The translations under genes and the position numbers were made by a program. From Daphnia carinata (Eukaryota), in contig NC_081333.1 in the NCBI RefSeq assembly GCF_022539665.2, positions 4,898,001-4,962,000 on the forward strand: a stretch of 64,000 bases of DNA. Direction: 5' to 3'. The stretch's first letter is position 1, and each line of letters starts with the position of its first letter. Below the pieces are notes generated by a model, which saw only the letters and a program-made list of their open reading frames with translations, made no database searches and was not told the DNA's origin. This document shows, piece by piece, positions 35,301 to 46,254 of this stretch.

Positions 35301-36359
35301 AAGACAGCAAATGGGAACTATCACGTGATAGTCTGTATCGACTATTTGACCCGATGGATCGAAGTAAAAGCGGTGAAAGACACCGGTACCAACACGGCAG
35401 CCGCTTTTCTAAAAAACAACGTTTTCCTCCAGCACGGACCTCCACGAAGGTTCATCAGCGATAGAGGTCCCGCTTTCTCTTCGGCAGCCTTCGCAGACTT
35501 CTTGCACGAATGGCGAGTTCATCACATATTGGCTTCAGCCGAACATCCCGTAACCAATGGGTTGGTGGAAAAGGCGAACAGAACCTTAACCGCTACGCTA
35601 GCAGCTTTCGTGAATTTCGAACATGACGACTGGGACAAGGGGCTACAGGAAGCGGCGTTTTCCATCAATACCGCGAAGCAGTCAACGACACAAATTACCC
35701 CCTTCGAATTGGTGTACGGACGGTCTGCGGTTCTCCCTCACGAAGCCAACTTTCCATGGCCACCCAACGACGCCGAAACTCACGAAGAACGCCGAAAAAG
35801 GGTTACAAAATGGAGGAAATGTGCGCGTTACCTAACCTTCAAGAGGCAGCGGAAGAGCAAAACCACCTACGACATCCACCGAAAGCCCAGCCCGCTTTTC
35901 GAATTGGGCGACTTAGTGCTCGTGGAACGCAAACCTCGGAGTAATGGAAGGACAAAGAAGTTTTTGGCCAAATTCGTCGGACCCTATCAAATCTGCAAGC
36001 GAGTGTCAGCAACTTGCTACAAGGTAGAAGACCTTCCTGCCCATAGAAGAAAAAGGATCTGGCGCCGCTTTAACGTCCACGTTTCTCAACTACGACGTTA
36101 CTTCCCTCGACGTGAAGTAGATTGGATACCGGACGAAGAGACTGACGAAGAGTGTCCTGGCCGTAGTGAACAGCCGGTATCTGCAGAAGACGCTACGGAC
36201 GCCGACAGAATCGAACCCGAAGATGACCTGGGAACGGAATCGACGGCCAACGACGAAGAGGACGAAGAGGAAGTTCCAGTTAGAACGTCTTCGGTCACCA
36301 CAAGATCGGGCAGACTGTCTCGTCAACCAAACCGATTTGTTGCCGGATCCCGTCGCTAA
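32328..36359 (+). CDS. pol: Gypsy Pol polyprotein (aspartic protease, RT, RNase H, integrase with GPY/F motif), in the -1 frame relative to gag
   Basis: 1343-aa uninterrupted ORF: MVDSGA; RFCVDYRRLN, PFGL, YMDD; YTDAS, ELECLA, VVADALSR; HDTPIGGHHG...CEFC, IDYLTRW, SDRG, NGLVE; KFVGPY. Confidence 0.97.
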   Translation: MLAHVDVGKRISRPLGARSAVNFIQAPVIKPSNESPIIDVDVFRVGPLKAMVDSGAKNSVIRADLVRGRSSFQVREPSSTWRAVDYQVLPLAGETTLMVRFDNAVTELGQVLVMENAIFPMVLGMDWIAKAEAVIRVKDGVAIVEVTNDRKLTENLSGNGMVSEEIGQKLGGSVAAKSEGSRQTSRANRADYGGNESKPIPNVTKSECREAVDEFMVMGALVEEEVVAEEAPTEEKCSVKLKKKKSISASSVQFVEAVAPGKRDGVWLIGTARSVRSGKEWVTPSCLLESQGGKVLIPVINLSTEALAVRGPWSASLVSTDQVFKINGIGPPVVGSLQSGGTSRDGEKLVLNEAEVNINPDLTEEEREELMNVIRHHWRCFLPKKGLTKLIEHRIETGTASPVHSSPYRVSEVERKIIQNQVQKMREDGVVTLSHSPWSASVVLVKEKNGEIRFCVDYRRLNALTIKDVYPLPRIEDVLHRLSGAQFFTSLDLESGFWQVPMAKVHQEKTAFVTPDGLFEFLRLPFGLCGAPPTFQRLMDRVLDGLKWTECLVYMDDILVFGSYLQEHNDRLHRVLLAIENAGLTLNARKCAFGTSNVVYLGHRIDRRGISPDTTKVEAVHHFPRPKNLTQLRAFLGMASFYRRFIQNFAAIARPLHNLLKKGADVERYWTQSHEVAMLELKAKLTSAPVLVSDDGVSKIELYTDASIKGIGAVLMLAGEKGLQPVTFISRRLTPAEEKYHSNELECLALVWSLNKLRHHVYGRPLTVKTDSSVLRWLSQKKDLNGRLARWIITLQEFSINIQHLSGPSNVVADALSRALVGVEELTDPADRILCGIQVAEYSPRQLALLQHADRDIKKIVLCLQGYGDKYGPQTGSHDFVLYEGVLYKKNVKPGRQRLLVVPSIIRRDLLFACHDTPIGGHHGIEKTLAKLSQRYWWKNMKKSVEAYVSTCEFCQPFKSRVGYPVGKLCPIPPPKEVFEMVAADHLGPFQKTANGNYHVIVCIDYLTRWIEVKAVKDTGTNTAAAFLKNNVFLQHGPPRRFISDRGPAFSSAAFADFLHEWRVHHILASAEHPVTNGLVEKANRTLTATLAAFVNFEHDDWDKGLQEAAFSINTAKQSTTQITPFELVYGRSAVLPHEANFPWPPNDAETHEERRKRVTKWRKCARYLTFKRQRKSKTTYDIHRKPSPLFELGDLVLVERKPRSNGRTKKFLAKFVGPYQICKRVSATCYKVEDLPAHRRKRIWRRFNVHVSQLRRYFPRREVDWIPDEETDEECPGRSEQPVSAEDATDADRIEPEDDLGTESTANDEEDEEEVPVRTSSVTTRSGRLSRQPNRFVAGSRR
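32349..32386 (+). promoter_or_regulatory. Programmed -1 ribosomal frameshift signal
   Basis: Slippery heptamer G GGA AAC (32349-32355) in the gag frame, 6-nt spacer, then stem GCCGACC (32362-32368) / GGTCGGC (32380-32386), inside the gag/pol overlap. Confidence 0.8.
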
Positions 36360-37299
36360 AATTTTAAAATCTCTTAGGAGACGCGTTCGCCCGATTACAT
36401 TCGATGTATCAGTTAGTTTTGTGTTCCCTCCCTGTTTGTGTTCGAATTTTAAGACTCAGACGACCAAGTTTAACTTAATATGGTTGACATGTAGGCCTAT
36501 GCAGTCTCTTTTTCGTCTCTGTACTTGTTTTTTTGTTTTCCCCAAATTCCTCTCTTTGTTGTTAGATCAGGAGATCTATTTTTGTCAGGAAGGGCCGAAT
36601 GTTGCGAAATGCCCAAATGCTAACGCTTAGCCCTTGAGCGTTTTGTCTTCCTGTTAGCCGTGTGCTAGTTTGTATCCCTGTTTTTCCTAACCCCCTGTTT
36701 TTAACCCCTTTTTTTTGGAGTCGAAATGTGACGAGTCAGCAGAGTGTGACGAGACGCTTTGCGAAACGAACGTCGTTAGGCAAGGCCTAAATACAGAGAT
36801 TTCAACGTGTTCGTTGTTTTGCGTTTCGTTTTTAAGATTTTCCGCAACACGGGCAAATGAAAAAAAACGTAGATGGGCCCCTACAGCAGGCGTTTTGGCG
36901 GGCAGTGAGTTGGGTTGACGGGCAGAGAGTGGGTTGACGGGCAGAGAAGGGGTCGACGGGCAACTTCAGCTGGTTTCTTGGCGGGCAGAGAAAGTTAGGT
37001 GATGGACGGGGAAAAACAGTGAGTGGATCGGCGGGCAAGAAAGGGGAAATCTTGATTTGTAAAAAGAATTAAGAGTAGAGGGGCGAAAAATAGGCGTTGG
37101 TCGATTTTCTCAAAAAATAGCGTTAAAATACGCTAGCGCCACCTATTCCCCGGCCCTGGACGGGCCCAAAGTTACTATAGTTTTTATATTTTTCTTACAA
37201 TGATAGCTTTTTATGATGTATCCGTTATACGCGAGGCACTGCAGCTAAAACGTGAAATCTCTTACCCTCACTGAACTTACTTGTAGTCCTTTGGGTGGC

Positions 37300-39050
37300 A
37301 GGCGTTTGATGGTATTCTGTAACTGTTTTCTTTTTTGTAGGCTTAGCTGAGGACTCTTTGGGCGTTTGTACATTTTAGCTGGTGTCGTTTCGAGCATTGG
37401 TCTATGACTTGTGGTGCATCGTGTGCCCTTCATGGAGTCATATCATTCGGGTAATTATGTTTAATTTCCTTATTCCTGATCGCCACGCCTCCGCCATCTC
37501 CGTATTCAATGGGAAGAAAGGTGCCATCTTCTTGAAAGGGGTACATCACACTGCCACGTAGGAAGCAACCGGGGTTATTTCTGCCCATCGGTTGTTTTGT
37601 AAACGGGGGCAACAATTTTTCATCGCCTTTGTTATTGTTTAATGTTCTGGTGTTGTTTCTCAGTAGGTTCGGGATGGTTTCTGATGCCCTTGTAGTGCAT
37701 TCTGCACCGGCCCTGGTTTTGAGTTGTTGGCTTTGGTGTTCGCGTCGTTGGGGCCATCTTGGTAATTTTTTCCCCTTGTTTCTCGTTCTGTTGTTCGATT
37801 GATTATTTCTACTACCGCCCCAGGCTGAAGGACAATGTTGATTGGTTGTATTCAATGACGTCAATTACCTTCATACTGGAACTATTATTTTTTCTTAGGA
37901 ATTGATTCCGTAAGTTTATATTCAGAATCTGCTGTATCGATTTTGTCGACTTTACATTATCGCTCTCTGATGTTTCTGCCAATCTGTTTGAATCACGCTT
38001 CAGGTAATATTTTTTCTTTATGGTGCTGATCTGTTCCAAATGATGGTACATCTTTCGGGTCTGATAATTTTATGATTATTCCCTGTTTAATTGATGGAAC
38101 AGTTTGGCACGTTGTTCCTGATTGTCATTCTTCAATTTAATGTTTTTACGCAGATTCTTGGTTTGGTGGCTTTAGTCGTCCAACACGTTTGTAGCATCGC
38201 GCTTATTCCATGGAGTTCGGTCGTTTGAGCACCTCTTCCTGGAACCATTTTAATCTGGTAATAGAATTTGTTCCACATTTTTTAAACAATTGTACTGGTG
38301 GTTGCAGTGCTTCACTGGTTAGAGAACTGTGTGTCGCCGTGCAGAAGTCTTTGCCCTTCGTGTGGGGTTTCCTTTATTAACAAGGTTTCATTTATTACTC
38401 CCGTGATGACTTGCTTATTGGTCCGTATTTATGATCAAGTGATTTTAATTAACAGTAAGCTCTGATGAAGTTAGTAGTTTATAGCGGGAGTTTGTACAGG
38501 GTAATGAACTTATTGCAATTTCTTTTTAAATGGCAGGCTGTTTGTTTAGTGGTTGCATCCCCCGTTCAGCATGTGGCCTTCTAGGTATGTTCTTCTTTAC
38601 TGCGCTATCTTTGGTTTGTATGTAAATGATGAAAAATTTAAACATCAGAGCATTGGGATATGAATTATAGTGATTTTTATTATTTGTGACATTAGTAAAG
38701 TTGTTGCTTCTGTTTGTTTCTTGGGGTGGTTAGTAATTGTTGTCCAACTTTAGGTTTTTGGTATGGGGTTCCTGTGTGATTGGACCTGACTGTTTCAGCG
38801 TAAGTCTGAACTCTTCCCCAGTATTCAGGTTTATTATTCTATATTGCTTTCTTGGATGTGTACTCCATTCCGACTTGATTTTGGTGCCTTGGATAAAAGA
38901 AATGTGGCTTTGTTTCAATACTACCTGTACTAACGAGATCGATTACAAAGAGACTTCATGGGAACAACGTTGCGTTATGTTCCTTTGTGTCCAAGTAAAA
39001 CGTTATGAGGTTTTGTAAACACTCGATGATTTCGTCTGATGGAGGCTGTT
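37300..39050 (-). pseudogene. Heavily degraded intronless coding remnant, possibly a retroelement env/glycoprotein-like ORF
   Basis: Strongly A/C-rich minus strand with broken ORFs (37430-37864, 37812-38051, 38730-38918); a frameshift-corrected NRLAE-NIRER*CKVDK segment and scattered Cys/NxT sites. The assignment is weak. Confidence 0.25.
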
Positions 39051-40227
39051 ACTTTACGTCGACCCGAAAAAAGCGCTAAATTGCGCTGACCAACTGATCA
39101 GTTTCATCAATGCCATTTTAACTCACATCCACAAAGGAGGTGTAAGGTATCGGCTTCTGCTCGTCCCTATTTCTATTTGCGTCTGGTAAGGGTATAGGTG
39201 TTCATGACAATTTTTCAGCCACATTCGGCTGGAACAATTAAGTGTTTAAATCAGATGATGTATAAAATGTAACTCGATGCAGTGGGCCACCTGAATTGCT
39301 GCTGAACAATTTGTAGACCGACTTTTATTCATGTCGTACACTACTTTGTTTATTACTGACTAGAGTGAAAAAAGAAAAACGGCGATGGTTAGTCGGTCAG
39401 CTGATCGAGAAACAATTGGCGCCCTGAACGGAAATGCAGCAACCACGATGCAATCGCCCATTGTAAACCCCATAGTTTATCGATGGCTGTGCTGCGCTTG
39501 AATGCATTTCAAATGCAATTCGTAGCCATGGAAGTTCTCTGTTTCATTTCCAGGTCAGTTTTTAGATATTTTTTGCTTTCTGGTTGCCTTCGTCGTCGTA
39601 CTCTGACGTTTCAGAAATGCTTAAAAACCCGACCCCCCCCCCCCCCCCCGCCCACCTCGTCTCTCCAATTCGTTTGGCTGTGATATTTTCGAATTACAAT
39701 CGTTTTCGTTTTTTTTTTTCTTTTGATTTACGAGAGGTCTTTGAAAATGATGCAGTTTAAGAATGCACTGAATCCGTCTTTTTGTCGCGCACTAATAGTA
39801 GGCATTGCCTTCCAGTTCATCTTTTCTGGCCACATTTCGCCATTTCTGCTTCGATGGCGTCAGAGAGTGAGGCGTTACATCGTATTGCCCGAACTGACCA
39901 ATAAGCGATCTGTATTTCTGTTAGTAATGGAATGGCTAAAGATTAGCTGTTTTTCCCAATCATTAGATGGTCTGGCAAAATTTTGAAGAACTCATTCTTT
40001 CTTGCCAACTTCATTTGATTGATTTTTCGCGTTTTGCTTCCCCAGACTTGTGAAGGTTACACCAAGAAAAGTGGCTTTTTCTTGGTAGATGTCTGCTCGT
40101 TCAAAAAATCATGAAATCAACTACATACCAGCAGATGATTTGGCTAAAAACAAATGGACAGAAGTCATATAATACAAGGGTTTTAAAAACCATTAAAACA
40201 CTTGTTTTAGTAAATTGCTATGCTGTT

Positions 40228-40813
40228 CATGTGAACTACACACTTTGTGTAGTATTGCGGAGCCTCGGTATAGTACGACGGGGCAGCATAAATTGTGGTG
40301 TAGTAACTTGGGGCAGCGTAGAACTTAGGGGCTTCAGTATAGCATGTCGGCCCAGCGTAGTAAAATGCAGCAGCTGCGATGTAGTATATTGGAGCTACGT
40401 AGTACTTTGACGCCTCTGTCGTGGTGTAGTACGATACAGTTGTTTGTGTAGCTCAGAGCAGAATAATATTTCGAAGCCTCAGTGTAGTAAGAAGGAGAAG
40501 CGTACGTTGTGGTGTAATACTCAGGGGCCTTTGTGGTATGGTAGTTGTGAGCGGATCCAGACGATGAACCCATCGGCACACCTAAAGTAGACTCAGTTAT
40601 CAGGAAGACAACATCTAGCAGCAGCATCACGCGAAAGTAACCTGGCATAAAACAAACACATTAGTTAACGTTTTTCCGCAGGGAAACTTTCCTTAAAGTC
40701 CACAAAACGATCATAAAGAATCATTTCACCTACTTGAAACATTCATGAAAACGACATCCGCATCACCACATTAACTCAAACAATTTAACATGTGTAATGT
40801 ATACTTTACCCAT
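40228..40813 (-). pseudogene. Secreted Tyr/Thr-rich repeat protein (YYTTTYAxPSYYTEAxKYY family), frameshifted
   Basis: ATG G|gtaaag at 40813, intron, signal-peptide-like YFRVMLLLDVVFLITESTLG, then TTKAPEYYTTTYASPSYYTEASKYYS. After a frameshift near 40440 the repeats resume in another frame (YTEAPKFYAAPSYYTTIYAAPSYYTEAPQYY). Confidence 0.75.
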
Positions 40814-40844
40814 GATTGCAGGTTGGAACTGAAACAGACTATAT

Positions 40845-41345
40845 TGTTACGTTTCAGTCCGATTGATTATCTTTATTACTTAGAATATAAGTTCTTAAAC
40901 AGATATTTCTAGTTTACATAAGTTAAGTAGCAAATGGCGAGTTTAATCGGACGTCTTGACCAACATCCTACTCTATTAACCTTGGTTTCCAGTACCACGA
41001 ACAGGTACAACCAAGAAACAATACCCAGATCGTCCGTACTAACAACATACATACCCGGACGATCTGTACAAATAAGATAACATGATTCACCAGACCGTCC
41101 GTCCCAACGACATAAATACCCGGACGGTCTGAACACTAAGACAACACAATAGAATAAGAATAATAATTTTAACAGAACATAGTTTTAACCTTTAAGATTG
41201 GGGACTTCTTGGGACATCCAGACTTAACACAACACTACACTAGAACTAACTAACTCTCCCCTAAGTCGTCAACAATTCCCTCTCTGTTTCCCTCGATACG
41301 GAAGCTATACGTTGATATCGTCAGTTAGTCGACGATTCCGTAACA
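40845..41345 (-). mobile_element. Solo LTR (family A), 501 bp
   Basis: TGTTAC...GTAACA termini; 4-bp TSD ATAT (40841-40844, 41346-41349); reverse-complement homolog of 17219-17710. Confidence 0.88.
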
Positions 41346-42042
41346 ATATTTAACTCAGCAATCCAATTAGATACGTTTCCCTTAAAATGTAGTTTTAAAA
41401 CATGCCTTTTGAAGAACGCTAATTAACAGGTTTGCTAATAGGAAAAATATACGCATACAAATATGTGACAAGCACAATCATATATTGAGAGAATAGACAA
41501 AGAAAGTTTCATTGGGTCAAGGAAGAAAACACACTCCGCTAATTGATCATACGAAAGGATTCGCTTCACCATTTAATATAGCCTACTTCATGTGGAAAGT
41601 GACCCTCATAATCTCGAGTAATTAGTTATCTCCGAACTATGGTTGAAAAATGCGCTGCAATTTGAGAAAAAACCAATTTCCTCGCTTAGCCCTTGGAAAG
41701 GTTATTGGGATCAAAGCCCTTTCGTCAGATCAAATCCACATTCCTCCGTGAATTTTAATTACTACAAACAATAAATAAAAATCATAAATTATGCGATATT
41801 CATCGAGTGGACTGAATGACCCTGCAGTGAACGCCTTGATCGCATTCGTTGAAAAGGTGCTGGTCGCGAAGCGATGCCACTCAATTGCCGAGACAACGGT
41901 TGGGCGCCTAGACTAGATGAATGTATTTTGGGCTGGCCTTGCGTTAGTCGTGAACTCATCGGCGTATACGTCTGCAGCCGACGGCACGAATTTCATGAAG
42001 CTAAATAGATTTTTTTAAAATTCACTATCGGTTTCCTTTTAC

Positions 42043-42498
42043 CTGTGGTATAGCAACAGCAACGGTAGGAATAAGGGCTGGATTACTGGGTTCCGGCGTT
42101 CGGGCAAGATGTTAAGTGGCTCTTCTGCGTTTGTAGAGCTCCTGGACAATCGTCCTGAGCGTTCTGTTGCCATGGTTAATCTCGATCAACCGTGGAACAC
42201 AAACTCCATCGCAACTCAAATAATGGATGGTAAAAGAACGCTAATCGCGTCGCTGATTGTCATCGTTATTCATGCTGGGCAGTAAATAATGTTCAACGAA
42301 TTCCATGCGAATAGAAACTACCAATTTCTTCCTGTAGCACCAAACTGCCAAACTTGGTGATAGTCAGTGGTAAAAGTACCCAATGTAGAACCACCAAATC
42401 GAACAGATTTTTTCGTCTAATAAGTTAATGAGCAGGACACAATGGCACTGGTACAAACGAAGGGATCCTTGCTGGGCAGCTCTCACAGAGCAGAACAT
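42043..42498 (-). pseudogene. Innexin pseudogene fragment (extracellular loop 2, TM4, C-terminal tail), unc-7/unc-9-like type
   Basis: One frame reads MFCSVRAAQQGSLRLYQCHCVLLINLLDEKICSIWWFYIGYFYH*LSPSLAVWCYR...RMEFVEHYL...RD*RSFTIHYLSCDGVCVPRLIEINHGNRTLRTIVQELY. This matches innexin C..(Q)CVLPINLFNEKI..FLWFW and F...YL..DGVF.LRLI..N.G. Three in-frame stops, so it is absent from the ORF track. Confidence 0.75.
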
Positions 42499-44188
42499 AA
42501 TAAATAGAACGTAAGCAATATACGTTTGAAGGGAAAAACGTATATGTCAATTTCTTCCAAGAATATGTATGTGTATATTTTTGGAAAAAAAGAACTTAGG
42601 TATCCAAGTTTTTCAGCATTCCCTAATTTCTCACTAGCAACACAAAAGTAATGCTAAGATTGTTTTTAGTTTTGGATAAGAAACCAATTAAAACTCAGCA
42701 ACATTGCAACATCACTCAAATTTTATTTTAGTTACATAAGCTTGTATTTTTTTTACTTCGAAGGACTCAGCAGCATTAAGCTTATTCAATAGCTGAGCTG
42801 CCTGCCTTATTTAAACGAAATATTCATTTATTTTATTTTTAAACATAAACTTTCAAAGTATCATTAATGGCGCTCCAAAATTCGAATAAAGTTCATTTTA
42901 AAAATAACTGGAAAAAATTGCAGTGATCAGTCAACTGTTGCGAGTAGTAAGTCACACTAGACACTTGCCCACTTTAAATCCTTTTTCCTGTAAGCGTGTC
43001 CTGATTTTCTCTGCCAATCTGTACATGAACAGCTAGAATATCTCAGCCAAAATGTAGTTGAACGGGTAGAGACACGTAAAATAACTTCATTCGCAATTTT
43101 TTTGTGGATGTCAATATATGCTGGTCACAACACACACGTACATACATGCAAATGTAACTAATAACAAATGTAATTATTCAGTCATCAAGATCTATGACGA
43201 GGAGACTAAGAGCTATCCGATTTACATAATGTATTGAATTAAAGGTAATGCTCGTGTTGTGGCCTAACGCGCAATATACTTTTAATAGGACATTTCAGCC
43301 ATCAACCCCCAGTTATTTATCAATCTAGTTTTCTTATTGATTATTTCTGACAATTTTACTCAATCTTGTAACTCTAGTTGAAGATCGACAACGCCATAGT
43401 ACTAAGGGGCATATATACTGTATATTTTTTCCAAACTGCCATAATAATATAGGTGAAAATTCAAGATAAGAAAACAAATTCGTGATAAGTTAAAAATAAT
43501 TTGCATCTCTGATTTCGTGGCCCCAAATCGCAGTTTCCGACATCGTGGAAATACTTTCCGTCCAGATGGCTTATTATTTATTAGCTTCAACTAACCTGCG
43601 GTCTACCTAAATACAAAAACACTGAAAAAAAAATTTTGACGTCAAGAACTTTGGTCGGCATCGATCAATCGATGCTTTTCATTGTGTTCCCATTTTCTTT
43701 TTCATTGATTGTATCTGGTCGTTTCTGATGTTTGCATCGGTGATATTCGATCAAATTACTTATCTATTACTATTCGGCCATTTAAATAGGAATGCACACA
43801 TTTGGTTGACAACACGTTCTTGTAAAGCCACCTAATATAACGTTTGATTTTTATCATTGGATAAATGGATGATATGGCCTAGGATTTATCATCGGAGCAA
43901 CAGTTGCCAATGCGTTTGGTTTCCGGTCGTTCATTGACAGCGAACGTCGATTAATCAAGGTATTTAAATAAGATCAGTCAAGGCATATAACAACCTCAGC
44001 TGAGACCTAGAATAATGAGGACTTAAATATTGTTTAAACTGAAGACGGATTTTCATGCGCAATGTATTGAACCCACTAAATTCCTTTGCCATGTTTTAAA
44101 CCGTGAAAAACCCTGGCTGCTATAAAAATGGCTTCGGTGGTATATCATTTCAAAACTAGCCTAACAAATTTTAAAAAGTTGTGAATTT

Positions 44189-45478
44189 TCAAGCACACAA
44201 TCCATCGTTGTTTGAAGTCGAAGCTGGACAGGTAGATCCAGCGGCTCCTTGGGCGTAAACTGGGGAATTGACATAATTTCCAGTCGGTCCATAGTTACAG
44301 ACATAGAGCCTATTGTAGGGAAAATCTTCTCCAAAAGTCTGGCCACATCAAAGACAGGATCAGCGTCAAAGTTCAATTGCTTAAGAAGAAAAAATGCCTT
44401 ACAGCAGTCGATTGATAGTAAGCCACTCCACAGCCTACGGTATAAGTAGTCGCCCATACAACTTGAGTGTAATGTCCAATAACAGCGGGTGGATTTGATC
44501 TATACCATGAGATATTATGAGAATTAACACTCCTACAGTAGAAAATACTCGGTTTGGTATTTTCTTACGGAAAGCTTGTGACATAAGCAGGTGTCATGTC
44601 AAAAACTTCATTATACCAAGACGTAACAGCTGCAGGCCAATCAGAGGAGTCTAGCACGTCGGCAGAAGCCCCAGAAATGTAAATATTCTGACCCACTCGG
44701 AATCGGGCTATTGGTATATAAAAACCGTGTCAAATATCGAAATTAAATAGGCTGATTCTGGACAAAGTATAGCGTATTTAACAATTTTACTTACGGACGT
44801 TACGGCACTTGTCGTGGTTAAATACGCACTGCTGGGCGTGCGTTTGCGCCATTACGGCCAATTCTTCATCCCAGATCTTAACAAAAAACAAACATTGAAG
44901 ATATCATAACATTTCAAAGGCACTTAGAATATGTTTTTACGGTGAAAAATACAAGGAGTTTTTACATACCAATTGCCTTATGTTAGACGCCGATGGCTGA
45001 GGACCTGGAGTTCCGCTGGTCTCGAGACCCTTGGCAACTTTGCGCCGGTAATCGTTATGCGTCTGTAAAATGATGTCAATTTCTTCGGCGTTGACGCTCG
45101 ATTTCGTTAGATACGATGGTAAACAAGCTGCTCCCCAGGTTAAATTCTATTTGTAACAAAATGAATATCATGAATTTATTATCATTACCATTGAATATCT
45201 TTAAGAGTATACCGAATATTTGCAGAGGGTATTTTCGGTAGGAACGCTGCACGTAGCAATGTTGCAGTATGCATTTTGAGCTGTGCGGCTCTTAGTTAGC
45301 TGCAACACCACCTGGGCCTCCTTTTCATACAAAAATGATTAATTAAGCATCAGAATGGTTAAAAACAAGTTTGAATATAAGCGAAAATGTACACATAGAT
45401 TTTTTTTTCATGAAAAATACTTACTCCGCAAGCGGATAGGATGACGGTGATCACCAAGGATACAGCGAAAAGTTTCAT
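44189..45478 (-). CDS. Secreted CAP/antigen-5-like protein, copy 2, apparently intact
   Basis: Same 7-exon structure as 21632-22921; visible coding differences are P>L (CCA>CTA near 45109), A>T (GCC>ACC near 44233) and two synonymous changes. Confidence 0.93.
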
Positions 45479-46023
45479 TTCGACTAGAGTAGAACAAGCA
45501 AACAATGCTCTGTGTATATAAGCTGTTTCACACCTCATTATTTATACATTTATTTTTCCCGGATTGTAAGCGTATCACAAAATTTGGAACGCAAGTGTTT
45601 AATTCGAAACGGATCCAGCTGCATTTAGAACAGCACAAAGGTGTTGACTGAAACAAAGCTTGCGCTCCAATTAAAACTAGTGCACCTTAGAATACGAAAA
45701 ACACAAAATAAGTGCAACAAACTTACTAGGGTGACGTGTTCGTCTGTAAAAAAACGGATCTAATGAAATCTAGGTCGTATTGCAATGTTAGCGTCCGGGT
45801 CGGGGGTTGACGAACGGAACTAGGTCACCACATGTTGGCACTTACGTGTTGAATAAATCCGTAGCGCGTGACATTTTTTTCGCCGTAGATCTCAATGAAA
45901 AGATCGTGATGAGAAAGATCGGAGAAGATCGTTTTTTGAAAAAGAGAAATGGATATAAGCCGGCGCTCTTACGCAATACATTGCCTACCGGATTGGAGGC
46001 TCATCGTTCCCCTTGGAACAAGG

Positions 46024-46190
46024 TAAATGAAATAGAACTATTTCTAAGGAGAAATAGGACTGATGCCGAGGAGAAATAGGACTGATGCCATGGAGAAATA
46101 GGACTGTCCTAAAAGTTTTTAAAAGTCAGTCCTAATTCTCCCAGTCCTATTTCTCCAGTCCTATTTCGTTTCAGTCCTATTTCACCGCCA
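46024..46190. repeat. Fold-back transposon remnant with inverted arrays of GAAATAGGACTG
   Basis: Three copies of gagaaataggactg (46048-46106) face four copies of cagtccta(a/t)ttc (46127-46183). Confidence 0.7.
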
Positions 46191-46254
46191 ATCGATCTTT
46201 CAATGCGTATACAAACGATAGCTAATACTCTGCTACACCGAAGACTTCAAAATT

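Larger units (their letters stand above)
30515..36849 (+). mobile_element. Full-length, recently inserted Ty3/Gypsy LTR retrotransposon (6.3 kb)
   Basis: 5' LTR 30515-~30745, 3' LTR 36600-36849 (TGTTGCG...CGCAACA), one substitution over the shared ~230 bp; 4-bp TSD CGGG (30511-30514, 36850-36853); PBS; purine-rich tract before 36600; gag and pol in PR-RT-RH-IN order. Confidence 0.97.
29785..37180 (+). mobile_element. Non-autonomous Helitron, unit 2 (~1.06 kb: 29785-30514 plus 36854-37180), interrupted by the Gypsy provirus
   Basis: 5' end TCTATACTATATAAAA followed by GTTTGTTTGTCTGTC; 3' end repeats GCTAGCGCCACCTAT..CCCGGCCCTGGACGGGCCCAA.GTTACTA(TA)G|T. The sequence on both sides of the Gypsy joins into a match to 29410-29480 of unit 1. 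Confidence 0.78.

Noticed and set aside
31232..36630. Small ORFs overlapping gag/pol, including 36166-36630 as a possible env
   Set aside because: Shadow frames. 36166-36630 overlaps the pol end and runs through the T-rich 3' UTR into the LTR, with no signal peptide or env features.
17219..41345. The two family-A LTRs as ends of a single 24-kb element
   Set aside because: Opposite orientation, and each has its own distinct TSD.
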